DNA of 61,769 nucleotides, taken from the IMG/VR virus record IMGVR_UViG_3300045999_008136, positions 1 through 61,769 of that record. The stretch is one strand, 5' to 3'. The notes beneath the pieces were generated by a model. That model was given only the letters and a program-made list of their open reading frames with translations. It was not told the DNA's origin and searched no databases. A program made the translations under genes and the position numbers. Positions within the stretch are counted from its first letter, which is position 1, and every line of letters begins with the position of its first letter. This DNA is from a virus. Lineage: Duplodnaviria; Caudoviricetes. This document shows, in pieces, positions 36,756 to 45,131 of this stretch.

Positions 36756-36950
36756 TCAAAGTTTGATGGCTCGAAGTTGCCGGCAGCGCTCTCGTTCTGC
36801 CGGGGTGATGTCGGGGCTGATCTCTGCGACGGGGCACAGGTGGTCCCTGGGGGCCCGTGGCACGTGGGCCGAGAGCCACATAGCGCCCAGCATGACCGCT
36901 GCCGCCAGGATGACCAGGGCCACCATGCCGGCGTAGTGTAGGTTCACCAT
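36756..36950 (-). CDS. Small membrane protein
   Basis: N-terminal TM, C..AEISPD.TP.ER..CR. Confidence 0.6.
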   Translation of the reverse strand: MVNLHYAGMVALVILAAAVMLGAMWLSAHVPRAPRDHLCPVAEISPDITPAERERCRQLRAIKL

Positions 36951-37123
36951 GTCTGGCCTCTGGCGCGCAGCTCTGCGGCGTTGGCCTGGAGCAGGCTTCG
37001 GTGGACGGGATTCTCGCAGGCCATGGCGTTGGCCTCAAGGCGCGTGGCGCAGGCCTCGCGCTCGTTCTTGACCGCCGCCTCCAACTCGGAGCGATAGCAA
37101 AGGGTGTCGTCGTCGTCTTTCAC
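36944..37123 (-). CDS. Hypothetical protein (EREACA...RARG family)
   Basis: GTG start; EREACA motif. Confidence 0.55.
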   Translation of the reverse strand: MKDDDDTLCYRSELEAAVKNEREACATRLEANAMACENPVHRSLLQANAAELRARGQTW

Positions 37124-37347
37124 GTGTTCCCCCTTGCTCGGATGGCGGCCTGAATCACATCGTGCTTGGCCTGCGCAATCGGGGCGGCGCATTCGTCGCA
37201 CATCTCTAACGCACCGTCGAGTTGGTAGGTGTGCAGGGTCGTTGGTCGAGGGAATGCCACGCCGAGGTAGTTGGTGCAGTCGAAGCTCTCGACATGGCAC
37301 TCTTTGTGGCAGATGTCGCAGACGGTTTGGTAGGTGAGCTTGATCAT
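37120..37347 (-). CDS. Small Zn-binding protein
   Basis: CDIC and CDEC pairs. Confidence 0.55.
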   Translation of the reverse strand: MIKLTYQTVCDICHKECHVESFDCTNYLGVAFPRPTTLHTYQLDGALEMCDECAAPIAQAKHDVIQAAIRARGNT

Positions 37348-37715
37348 GTTTGCCCCCTGGTCGCGGCCTTCAGCGCTTCCTCTTCCGCTTTGCGTCTTGT
37401 CAGCCACTTCGTATAAGAGGATCGCAGGTAGCGGCGTTTGCTGGCGTCGTAGCGGCTGCTCTTGGGCTCGATGTCTGGAGGGGGCTCCAGCAGGGCAGTG
37501 CGAATCTGCCCTGCGTCCGCGCCGATGAGCCGGGCGTAATCTTCAAAGGAAGAGGTCTTGCTGAACAGCCAGTCAACGGCGGCGAAGTTCTCGGCGCCGG
37601 TGGCCTGCCTGCTCGATGCGTCCTCGATGGCCTGGGCAATGACCGCGGCCAGCAGGCGCGCGCAGGCCACGGTCTGCGGATGCGCGGTGGGGTTCGATGA
37701 GATGAAGTCGATCAT
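37344..37715 (-). CDS. Hypothetical protein
   Basis: LLAAVIAQAIEDA...WL; coupled ORF. Confidence 0.65.
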   Translation of the reverse strand: MIDFISSNPTAHPQTVACARLLAAVIAQAIEDASSRQATGAENFAAVDWLFSKTSSFEDYARLIGADAGQIRTALLEPPPDIEPKSSRYDASKRRYLRSSYTKWLTRRKAEEEALKAATRGQT

Positions 37716-37906
37716 GTGTTCCTCTCCTTTGGCTCATGGGTACAGGATTCCTCGTAGTCGAGAACATCTTTCAGCCGGTAGCGGATCAGACCGCCGATTT
37801 TGAGATAGCGCACGCCTTGCTTAAGTGACCTGTCGCGCTCAAGGGTTGCTTCGCTAATCTTCCAGCGGAAGGCCACTTCCTCTTGCGTCAAAAGTTGCTC
37901 GTTCAT
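37712..37906 (-). CDS. Excisionase/AlpA-like HTH DNA-binding protein
   Basis: LLTQEEVAFRWKISEATLERDR...YLKIGGLIRYRLKDVLDYE. Confidence 0.85.
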   Translation of the reverse strand: MNEQLLTQEEVAFRWKISEATLERDRSLKQGVRYLKIGGLIRYRLKDVLDYEESCTHEPKERNT

Positions 37907-38020
37907 TGTGGCCTCTCCTCTTCATCAAATGCCATGTCTGGCGGGTGCGGTATGGCGTCATGCACGAGCACACCATCGACTGCCTCGATGTACTTGCCAC
38001 AGACCACGCAGTAGTAGCCG

Positions 38021-38584
38021 TCATCCACCGTTCTTCTCCTTGAGTTTGGCCTCAATGGCTTGTTTCAAAGTGCTCCAGATGATTTGCCCCGTAGTGTCTG
38101 CAATGGCTTGCCAGTCCTCATCCGTCAGCGGCTCTGTGCGCTGTGGTGGGGCGGTGTAGAGGGGCACTTGCCACGACAGCAACGATGAAGGAAACTGGAT
38201 TTTGTAGAGAGGATTGGCTCGGAACACCCCGTCCGGTGACTCAAGCCAACCAACGGGCACCATGTCCCCGCAACTTGCTTCGGGAACATCCTGCTCTGGC
38301 TGCGCCAGCCGTGAACGCAGTTCGTCCCGCTGCGCTTTGATGCACTCGGCCCTGTCGCAGTGGTAACTGCAAGAGTGGAGGGCTCCGTGGTCCTTGAACA
38401 CCGAAGCAGGATCAATGCGCTTACCGCCCTTGCTCCAGGCGCTGCCGACCGTCAAGACATCGGCCAGCAACTCTTGGGTGCGCTCTTCCACGCTCTTTGG
38501 CCAGGTCATCTGCCCGCAGCGGGTGCAGCGCAGGCGCTCCGTCAGGCCTTGTACAAAGTGCCAGTCGTGTTTGCAGTCTGCCAT
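38021..38584 (-). CDS. Mosaic hypothetical protein
   Basis: CKHDW..CTRCG, HSCSYHCDRAEC, PLYTAPP, AIEAKLKEKN short modules. Confidence 0.65.
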   Translation of the reverse strand: MADCKHDWHFVQGLTERLRCTRCGQMTWPKSVEERTQELLADVLTVGSAWSKGGKRIDPASVFKDHGALHSCSYHCDRAECIKAQRDELRSRLAQPEQDVPEASCGDMVPVGWLESPDGVFRANPLYKIQFPSSLLSWQVPLYTAPPQRTEPLTDEDWQAIADTTGQIIWSTLKQAIEAKLKEKNGG

Positions 38585-38859
38585 GATTGTTCTCCTTCAT
38601 ATTTTGCTTTGAGGCGCTCCAGCTCTTTACGTTCTCGCTCTTCGTCTGCCCTAGCGGCTCGCTTTCGCTCCTCTCGCCACTCGTCTTCCATGAACTTGGC
38701 ATACATGGCAGCGTGGGCCGACCTGAAGAAGTCAATGACACGCTGATCCACGTCGCTGCATTCGCTGGAGCTGTCACTCCAGTTGACCCACATGTCGGCC
38801 TTCTTGGTCTCGCCATACATGCTGAACTCGACTTTGATTGATGCGCGGTGGTCCCCCAT
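38542..38859 (-). CDS. Hypothetical protein
   Basis: Start MGDHRAS; ELERLKAKY coiled coil. Confidence 0.55.
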   Translation of the reverse strand: MGDHRASIKVEFSMYGETKKADMWVNWSDSSSECSDVDQRVIDFFRSAHAAMYAKFMEDEWREERKRAARADEERERKELERLKAKYEGEQSWQTANTTGTLYKA

Positions 38860-39179
38860 CAGAACTTCTCCTTGTAGAACTGCCCGATGACCTCGGCCAG
38901 CTCGTGGATGTGAAAGTCGCCGCCCTCGCCACCGGCGTCGCTGATCCAGATCATGCCTGGCTGCACGCCAGGTGACAAGGTCCAGCCCCCGACCTGAACC
39001 TGGTAGCGCGCCTGGCCTTGCCTGAAGCCCTCGTCGTAGGCCACCTGGGCCTTGCACGCCTCTTCAATGGTCATGAGCGTGTGCTTCTGGCACTCATCCC
39101 ACACAAAGCGCGCGTTGCCCTCGCCCAGCACTTTCTTCTCAGCCTTGGTCAGGCCGTTCCACCACTCTTGAAAGCTCAT
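38859..39179 (-). CDS. Hypothetical protein
   Basis: Start MSFQEWW after GGAG. Confidence 0.6.
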   Translation of the reverse strand: MSFQEWWNGLTKAEKKVLGEGNARFVWDECQKHTLMTIEEACKAQVAYDEGFRQGQARYQVQVGGWTLSPGVQPGMIWISDAGGEGGDFHIHELAEVIGQFYKEKF

Positions 39180-39180
39180 G

Positions 39181-39426
39181 TCAGCTCTCCCGTTTGAAAA
39201 GGCCCGTGAGCCGTGACCAGGCCAGCTTGCGCAGCGACACGTTGGCCAGTGCAGCCTGCGTGCGCAGCAGCTCGGCCATGGTCTCGCTGTCATGCTTGGA
39301 CAAAAGCCTGTAGGCCTCTTCAAACTCCTTGCGAGCCAGCTCGCGGCCCTCTGCCCAGCCCCGGGCGTAGCCCTCTGCGTCCACGTCCCTGTAGGTGCGG
39401 CGTTTGTACTTAACAGTGTCGGTCAT
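39181..39426 (-). CDS. Hypothetical protein
   Basis: 81 aa, GGAG RBS. Confidence 0.6.
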   Translation of the reverse strand: MTDTVKYKRRTYRDVDAEGYARGWAEGRELARKEFEEAYRLLSKHDSETMAELLRTQAALANVSLRKLAWSRLTGLFKRES

Positions 39427-39659
39427 AAAATCACTCCTTTGGCGTCTTGCACTATCTGCTGCACGCGCTGGAGCGCGGCGTTGTTCTTGCCCTGCTTGAG
39501 CAGGACGTACAGCTCTTCAATGGCGCTCGCTGGAATGCCACCGGAACTCAGCCCACGGCCCTTGCAGATTTCCAAGAGGTCGTCGTCGGACAGGTCGTTC
39601 TGGTCGATGTCCACGTCCACGTCAATGTTGACGGTGGTCGAATAGGTGTAGCCCTTCAT
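39423..39659 (-). CDS. Hypothetical protein
   Basis: Start MKGYTY overlapping upstream stop. Confidence 0.6.
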   Translation of the reverse strand: MKGYTYSTTVNIDVDVDIDQNDLSDDDLLEICKGRGLSSGGIPASAIEELYVLLKQGKNNAALQRVQQIVQDAKGVIL

Positions 39660-39976
39660 AGCGGCATGTCCCCGTGCCATGGCTCGTCGGCCATGCGCTT
39701 TAGATTGAAGATGAAACGGTACTGCGGGTGCACCTTGACGAACAGCCTGGCGTAGAACGCAATGTGGTCATTGCTGATCTTGAAGTCAGAGCCGGTTGTC
39801 TGGATGGCCACCTCCCAGCGGATGCGGTTGATGATCAGCCAGTGGCTGATTTTCCTATGCCCCGCGTCGATCGCCTCCAACGTGAAACGCTGGAAGTACT
39901 CCCATACCGCAGGGTTGGCGGCGTTGAAGGCATTGAACTCCCGCTGCCGAATGTGGAAGGGGGTGTTCATGCTCAT
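39656..39976 (-). CDS. Hypothetical protein
   Basis: NPAVWEYF...IINRIRWE...FKISNDHIAFYARLF. Confidence 0.7.
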   Translation of the reverse strand: MSMNTPFHIRQREFNAFNAANPAVWEYFQRFTLEAIDAGHRKISHWLIINRIRWEVAIQTTGSDFKISNDHIAFYARLFVKVHPQYRFIFNLKRMADEPWHGDMPL

Positions 39977-40173
39977 AGCTCCGCCCCCTTCGCAAGCGCC
40001 TTGTCAACGCGCCGCAGCAGGCGCTGGTAAAAGTACTTGTCCCGGTCCAGGTCCTCAATCTCGTCAGCGAACAGGGTCGTGTCAGGGCAAGCCCCGATCT
40101 CTGCATCGACGTCACTGATTGCGCGAGACAGGGCCTGGCGCACCAGGACCAGGTTAAAGCCCGTGAAGTTCAT
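39973..40173 (-). CDS. Hypothetical protein
   Basis: 66 aa, coupled. Confidence 0.55.
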   Translation of the reverse strand: MNFTGFNLVLVRQALSRAISDVDAEIGACPDTTLFADEIEDLDRDKYFYQRLLRRVDKALAKGAEL

Positions 40174-40291
40174 GGCAGCACCTCTGTCACGTAGGGCGCC
40201 GGCTCGTCCTTGTCGCTGGGCTTGTACTTGTCAGGACCGGGTGGGATGCCGGCCCTGTCCAGGGGATTGGGGAAGGGAGGAAAAGGCCAGG

Positions 40292-40492
40292 TCATGACTT
40301 GACCTCCAGTATCTCTCCTCCGTGGTCCTTGTCCAGGTAGCCAGAGAACAAGCTGATCTCAAAGGTGCCATCAGGCGTTTCAATCAGGATGTCCCGATTG
40401 CCGCTGACGTAGTCTTCACCCTGGCGCTCTTTAACAGGGCCGATGGTCACCGAAGTAACTTGGTGAATGTTGAGGTGGAAATTTTTACTCAT
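40292..40492 (-). CDS. Hypothetical protein
   Basis: AGAAAGGAG RBS upstream. Confidence 0.6.
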   Translation of the reverse strand: MSKNFHLNIHQVTSVTIGPVKERQGEDYVSGNRDILIETPDGTFEISLFSGYLDKDHGGEILEVKS

Positions 40493-40522
40493 GCCATTTC
40501 TCCTTTCTAAGTTGGCGAGTCA

Positions 40523-40553
40523 ATTTTAACAGGCACCTTCAAGTACCTGTCAA
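40523..40553 (-). promoter_or_regulatory. Promoter TTGACA-N19-TAAAAT with TGn extension
   Basis: Boxes upstream of AGAAAGGAG leader. Confidence 0.6.
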
Positions 40554-40563
40554 GCACTTTCAA

Positions 40564-40731
40564 TTAAAACCATCCGAACCAGATGCCTGTGCCGTGCACG
40601 CACCCCACAGGAAAGAACACGGCCCCTGCAATCAGGAAGCCCCACTTGGCTGCGCTCAAGCAGGTGACCACATGCGTGAGCCACGCAGCGGCCACCCAGA
40701 TGATGCCGACGATAGGAAGAAGTTCGCTCAT
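40564..40731 (-). CDS. Small membrane protein (55 aa; below ORF-track cutoff)
   Basis: MSELLPIVGIIWVAAAWLTHVVTC...GIWFGWF after AAGGAG RBS. Confidence 0.6.
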   Translation of the reverse strand: MSELLPIVGIIWVAAAWLTHVVTCLSAAKWGFLIAGAVFFPVGCVHGTGIWFGWF

Positions 40732-40740
40732 GTCTGCTCC

Positions 40741-41115
40741 TTATCTAATTTCGATGTCTGGGATGATGACCGAGGGCTTGAAGATCACTCGGTAAAAAGA
40801 CGCGCTGACGTTCTTGGCAGCCAGTTGTTCAACGAAGAACGTCACGTTGTCGGACAGGCCGAGGAAGTGCTTCTTGTAAACACCAGGCCCTGTCTTACAG
40901 GTCACGGACAGGTAGCCTGCCCTGTCGTTGTTGCCGAGAGAGCAGTAGCCTTCGATGGTCAGCATGTAGTCGTTGGTGATGCCGTTGTAGAAGATCACCC
41001 GGCGAGCAACTTCAAAGTTGTCCGCCGCCTTCGACACGTTCCGTGAGGCAACGTCTGCGTCAGACGAACAGCCCGCAACCGCCAATGCGGCCAGAAGCGC
41101 GGCAAGTGCTCTCAT
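40741..41115 (-). CDS. Lipoprotein
   Basis: Signal peptide with lipobox VAGC; ADNFEVARRVIFYNGIT. Confidence 0.8.
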   Translation of the reverse strand: MRALAALLAALAVAGCSSDADVASRNVSKAADNFEVARRVIFYNGITNDYMLTIEGYCSLGNNDRAGYLSVTCKTGPGVYKKHFLGLSDNVTFFVEQLAAKNVSASFYRVIFKPSVIIPDIEIR

Positions 41116-41672
41116 CGCTCCACCCCCTGCAGCCGATCAGCCACCAGCGTGGCGTAGCCGGCAATGTCCACCCAGTGGTCGACCTTGTCGGGGTTGCCGT
41201 TGACGATGCGCGCGATCTTGTGGACGATCATCTCCAGTGCTTCCCACTGGTCGTCAGCGAACGTCTTGTTGTGCATCCTGGCGTGGTCCGAGAGCAGTCG
41301 CTTCATGCCCTGCATCAATGCAGCGCCATCCTTGAACTTGCCGTACTCCTGCGCGCGCTCGTTGAGCGTTGTGTCGACCGTAGGCGCAGCCGCAAAGCCA
41401 GCGAAGTACCTGGCCACGCGCTCCTTGGACTGCTCTTCAGTGCGCTTGGCATCCATCAGCGCGTAAGCGGCCGCGGCCGCTGCCTCGTCCTCAGGCGTGG
41501 GCATGGGCACAACGTCAGGCGACAGCAGGGTCGCCTGGATGTTCTCCTCAAACACTTCCCTGCGCAGCTTGTACACGTAGGAGATGGCAGTGTTGAACCT
41601 CAATGCCACGCCTTTGACATCCGCTGCCGGATGCTTTCGGAAGTGCTCTTTGATTTTTTGACCAGAGGTCAT
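41112..41672 (-). CDS. DUF6378-like protein
   Basis: TLNERAQEYG...EALEMIVHKIARIVNG...HWVDIAGYA. Confidence 0.75.
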   Translation of the reverse strand: MTSGQKIKEHFRKHPAADVKGVALRFNTAISYVYKLRREVFEENIQATLLSPDVVPMPTPEDEAAAAAAYALMDAKRTEEQSKERVARYFAGFAAAPTVDTTLNERAQEYGKFKDGAALMQGMKRLLSDHARMHNKTFADDQWEALEMIVHKIARIVNGNPDKVDHWVDIAGYATLVADRLQGVER

Positions 41673-42154
41673 GATGTTTCCTTTCTGCTTTCAATGATTG
41701 CACGTGCCTTGCCCTGAGAGATGACCCTCTGAACGAAGTTGTGCGCCTTCTCGATGTCATGAACAGTGGCCTGCGCCAACTGCTCCTCATGCAAGTCCAT
41801 CACCAGCTTCAGTGACTCCCACTGCTTGGCCGTCATGACGAACCGCATGTTCCTTTCGACGCCCTTGCGCGCTAACTCCAACAGCGCGGTCTGGGCCTCG
41901 TTGATCTCTGATAACCAGTCATAGCCCAGGCCAAGGATGGCCAGGGCCTCGGTGATGTTGAATGCCCCGATAAGCAGATCAATGTCGCGCTTGGTGGCGT
42001 CACCCTTGCGCAGTTGCTCAAGCGCTTGCCGGTTCTTGATCTGAACCTCCAGGTACACGCCTGGCAGATCGCGCACAGGTTTTAAGCCTGACAGCACGAA
42101 CTCAAGCGGGTTTTGAAGGACAGGCCTGGGGCGGTACTTGCTGCGCTTTTTCAT
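41669..42154 (-). CDS. Hypothetical protein
   Basis: Start MKKRSKYRPRP; helical. Confidence 0.7.
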   Translation of the reverse strand: MKKRSKYRPRPVLQNPLEFVLSGLKPVRDLPGVYLEVQIKNRQALEQLRKGDATKRDIDLLIGAFNITEALAILGLGYDWLSEINEAQTALLELARKGVERNMRFVMTAKQWESLKLVMDLHEEQLAQATVHDIEKAHNFVQRVISQGKARAIIESRKETS

Positions 42155-42408
42155 TTGAGCAACCCGAAGGCGAAGAACACGACAGCCATCACCGCCAGCA
42201 CCGCGACGTAGCACATCCACGAGGTAGTCACGTGCCAACGGCGCGTGCCCAGGATGATGTCCTGTATGAACAGCTCGTTGTGGGACATGTCCCTGGGCCG
42301 TGGGCAGTGAGCCACGCCAATGAGCACCTTGCCGGTACTCACGTACCTACCAGAGGCCGAGAGACGCTTGAACGTCTCCTCAGATCGAGTGAGTTTTTTC
42401 TTGGCCAT
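42151..42408 (-). CDS. Hypothetical membrane protein
   Basis: STGKVLIG; C-terminal TM. Confidence 0.6.
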   Translation of the reverse strand: MAKKKLTRSEETFKRLSASGRYVSTGKVLIGVAHCPRPRDMSHNELFIQDIILGTRRWHVTTSWMCYVAVLAVMAVVFFAFGLLK

Positions 42409-42436
42409 CTTCTTTCTCCTTTCTGTTGATGAGCCC

Positions 42437-42613
42437 CTATCTTAGCAGCTTCAATTCCTCTGTCAACTCCTCAACTCTTTTTTCTGCGCGTAACCATCCT
42501 TCACGCCACAGCCTCTGGTCTTCAAGGGTCTGCGCTGCCTCCAGAAGCAGTGGCGCGATGGTCTCGTAGCTCGGGAAGTCCGCCAGGTAACGGAGGAACT
42601 CAGGGGTTCTCAT
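42437..42613 (-). CDS. Small hypothetical protein (58 aa)
   Basis: MRTPEFLRYLADF...EELKLLR; its 3' end contains a TTGACA-N16-TAAGAT promoter (42439-42466). Confidence 0.5.
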   Translation of the reverse strand: MRTPEFLRYLADFPSYETIAPLLLEAAQTLEDQRLWREGWLRAEKRVEELTEELKLLR

Positions 42614-42836
42614 TTGTGAAGTGCTCCACGATCTCGTCTTCCAGCAGGAACATCTGCTCCTCTGTCATCGTCTTGGTGATGTCCACCTGCCGCGGCTTGC
42701 CCCCGGGCCCTGTGATGGTCAGCAGTATCTTGGTGATGTCCAACTGCGCAGGCAGCTCAGTTCCATCAACCTCCAGTGGCTCCAGTATCTCAAAAGTGAG
42801 TTCTACGGGGAGCGTCATCTCCGTCTTGTACTTCAT
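42600..42836 (-). CDS. Hypothetical protein
   Basis: Start MKYKTEM. Confidence 0.55.
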   Translation of the reverse strand: MKYKTEMTLPVELTFEILEPLEVDGTELPAQLDITKILLTITGPGGKPRQVDITKTMTEEQMFLLEDEIVEHFTNENP

Positions 42837-43164
42837 CTTGGTCTTTCTGTTTGTTGGCTGCAATGCGTTGAAGGGTCAGCGATTCTTTGTAGGCTTTCTC
42901 GAAGGCGGGCTTGATGAGTTCTCGCAAGATTTCGCTCTTGGTCTTCTTGTAGAACAAGGCCATCTCGCTGATCATGTAGAACACGTCCTCAGGCGCTGAG
43001 ACGCTCTTGAACCGTGAGCCGGCGCGCTTGGATGGAGAGGACCGAAGCTCTGGCCAGCGGTCCTTCTTGGGCCTCCCGTTCTTCTTCGGACGGCCACGTT
43101 TGCGCTTGCGCACATAGGGCTCAGGATAGGCTGGAACGACCTTGTTCTTAACGTACGTACCCAT
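42790..43164 (-). CDS. Basic DNA-binding protein (AT-hook-like GRP motifs plus ribbon-helix-helix-like region)
   Basis: RKRGRPKKNGRPKK; FKSVSAPEDVF...TKSEILRELI. Confidence 0.6.
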   Translation of the reverse strand: MGTYVKNKVVPAYPEPYVRKRKRGRPKKNGRPKKDRWPELRSSPSKRAGSRFKSVSAPEDVFYMISEMALFYKKTKSEILRELIKPAFEKAYKESLTLQRIAANKQKDQDEVQDGDDAPRRTHF

Positions 43165-43182
43165 GAATTCTTCTTTCTCTGA

Positions 43183-43209
43183 AAAAGAGGCCAGGGACGA
43201 GCCCTGGCC
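43183..43209 (-). terminator. Intrinsic terminator after DNA polymerase
   Basis: GGCCAGGG/CCCTGGCC hairpin followed by UCUUUUU. Confidence 0.65.
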
Positions 43210-43250
43210 AAATGGAGACCAATCGAGGCAACTGCATTACCTCACCTCGA

Positions 43251-45131
43251 TTATGCAGCGGTGCCCCAGCTCGTGCCAACCTCTACGTCGACACGAGACG
43301 GAACTTCCAGGCGCACGGCGTTGGCCATGATGTCCGCGGCCTCACGTGCTTCTGCCTTGTCCTTGACCGACAGGGCGATCTCGTCATGCACTTGGAGCAG
43401 CAGCTTGAAGCCCGCCTTGTGCAGCGCCACCATGCCCGCCTTGGTCTGGTCAGCGGCCGACCCCTGGATGAGACGGTTCAGGCCCTTGTAGGTGCCCGCC
43501 CGCTTGATCCGTGAGCCGTATTCAATGACTGCTTGCTCGCGCGGCAGCGCCTTGTTGACGCCCCACTCCACCGGCTCCCACAGCGGGAAGCGGCAGCGCC
43601 TGCCCAGCAGCGTGCGAATGGAGCCGCCAGAGGCCGGGTGCTCAATGCGCTTCATGACCGCATCCACGGTGCCCTTGAGGAACGGGACCTTGCTGTGGAA
43701 GGTGGCGATCAGCTCGCTGGCCTCGTCCAGCGGCAGCTCCAGGCTGCCGGCCAGCTTGTTCTTGCCCATGCCGTACATCAGGCCCAGGCCGATCGTCTTG
43801 GCAGCCTTGCGCTTAATGCCGGCCAGGTCGGCGACCATCTGGTGGAAGTCCGTGTCGGGGTTTTCACGGTACGCATTGGCCATCTTCTCAGCCCCCGGCA
43901 GGTCCAGCAATGTGGCATAGTGCACCAGCAAGCGCGGCTCCTGCGAGGAGAAGTCGTTTGCCGCCCAAAGGTCGCCCTCCTCCGGCAGGAACAAGCCCCT
44001 GACCAGCGGGCCGATCAGTTCGTGGCGCGCGGGCACTTGCTGGAGGTTCGGGTTGCTCGCTGACAGGCGCCCGGTGACCGTGCCACCGTCGTCGTTGCGC
44101 ATCTGGTTGAAATGGGTGTGAATGCGCCCGTCTTTGGCGCTGTGCTTCAGGTAGGGCTCCAGGAACGTGCCGTGGGTCTTGTTCAACTCCCGGGCCTCCA
44201 GGATCATCTTGGCCATGGGGTGCTCGTGCGTGTCCAGGAAGCTCTTGGTGAAGCTCGGCGCGCCGGCCGCGGTCCGTGGGTATTGAACCCCCAGGCGGTC
44301 AAAGGCGGCCGCAATGGACTGCGCAGCCCAGATGTCCACCTTCATGCCGGCCTGCTCTTTGAGGTAGTTGAGGATTTCGAACTCCTTGGAGCGCATCACC
44401 GTCATCTCGTGCTCGCAGCGCAGGCGGTCAAAGCGCACGCCCTTGAGCGTGGTGTCCACCAGCACCGGCAGCACCTCGGTCTCCAGGTTGAAGATGGACT
44501 CGACCTCGTCCTTCTTGATCAGGGCCTTGAAGTGATGCCAGAGCTTGAGCGTGAGCGCCGCGTCCTGCTCCGCGTACTCGCCCACGTGCATGGCCGGCAG
44601 CTTCCACAGCTCCTTCTTGGCGTGCACGCCGAAGTCCTGCGCGGCCTCTTTCAGCCCCTGCTCGCTCTTGATCTCCTTGAGGTAGTCAAAGCCCAAGCTG
44701 TTGAGGGCGTAGCTGAAGCGGTTCTCGTCCAGCAGCGGCGCTGCCAGCATGGTGTCGTAGATGGTGCCGTTCACCTCGAAGCCGGAGGCGCGGAGCCAGC
44801 CGAGGTCGTAGGCGGCGTTGTGCATGATCTTGTCAGCCGGCGTCGCGAGAACATCTCGTACCCAGCGTTCAACAATACGGCGATCAAGGTTACCGCCCCC
44901 GCCATGGGCAACAGGGAAGTAACCGGCCCACCCGTCCACAGCCACAGCATAGCCCACGATGTAGCCGTCAGCGCGAGGCCACCCAGGGCCCATCGACTCC
45001 ATGTTCGGATCACATGTTTCAAGGTCAATTGCAATCTCCGTGGCTGTGGATAAGTTGGGGAAAGACTGTGGAGGAACCCACTCGGAAATCCGGGGGAACA
45101 TGGACATGGTGCTGGTGTCGCGCTTCTTCAT
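43251..45131 (-). CDS. polA: DNA polymerase family A with 3'-5' exonuclease
   Basis: IAIDLET, HNAAYDL, TGRLSASNPNLQQ, DFSSQEPR (motif A), RKAAKTIGLGLMYG (B), QVHDE (C). Confidence 0.95.
   Translation of the reverse strand: MKKRDTSTMSMFPRISEWVPPQSFPNLSTATEIAIDLETCDPNMESMGPGWPRADGYIVGYAVAVDGWAGYFPVAHGGGGNLDRRIVERWVRDVLATPADKIMHNAAYDLGWLRASGFEVNGTIYDTMLAAPLLDENRFSYALNSLGFDYLKEIKSEQGLKEAAQDFGVHAKKELWKLPAMHVGEYAEQDAALTLKLWHHFKALIKKDEVESIFNLETEVLPVLVDTTLKGVRFDRLRCEHEMTVMRSKEFEILNYLKEQAGMKVDIWAAQSIAAAFDRLGVQYPRTAAGAPSFTKSFLDTHEHPMAKMILEARELNKTHGTFLEPYLKHSAKDGRIHTHFNQMRNDDGGTVTGRLSASNPNLQQVPARHELIGPLVRGLFLPEEGDLWAANDFSSQEPRLLVHYATLLDLPGAEKMANAYRENPDTDFHQMVADLAGIKRKAAKTIGLGLMYGMGKNKLAGSLELPLDEASELIATFHSKVPFLKGTVDAVMKRIEHPASGGSIRTLLGRRCRFPLWEPVEWGVNKALPREQAVIEYGSRIKRAGTYKGLNRLIQGSAADQTKAGMVALHKAGFKLLLQVHDEIALSVKDKAEAREAADIMANAVRLEVPSRVDVEVGTSWGTAA

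Noticed and set aside
37712-37906. Integration module implied by the excisionase-like HTH
   Set aside because: No tyrosine or serine recombinase or att-like site was recognised anywhere in the genome
30089-40330. Polarity switch of CCACGG versus CCGTGG words around the AT-rich island
   Set aside because: Suggestive clusters exist (30089-30109; 36427-36440), but there are counter-examples (~31884, ~32654) and it cannot be supported without counting genome-wide
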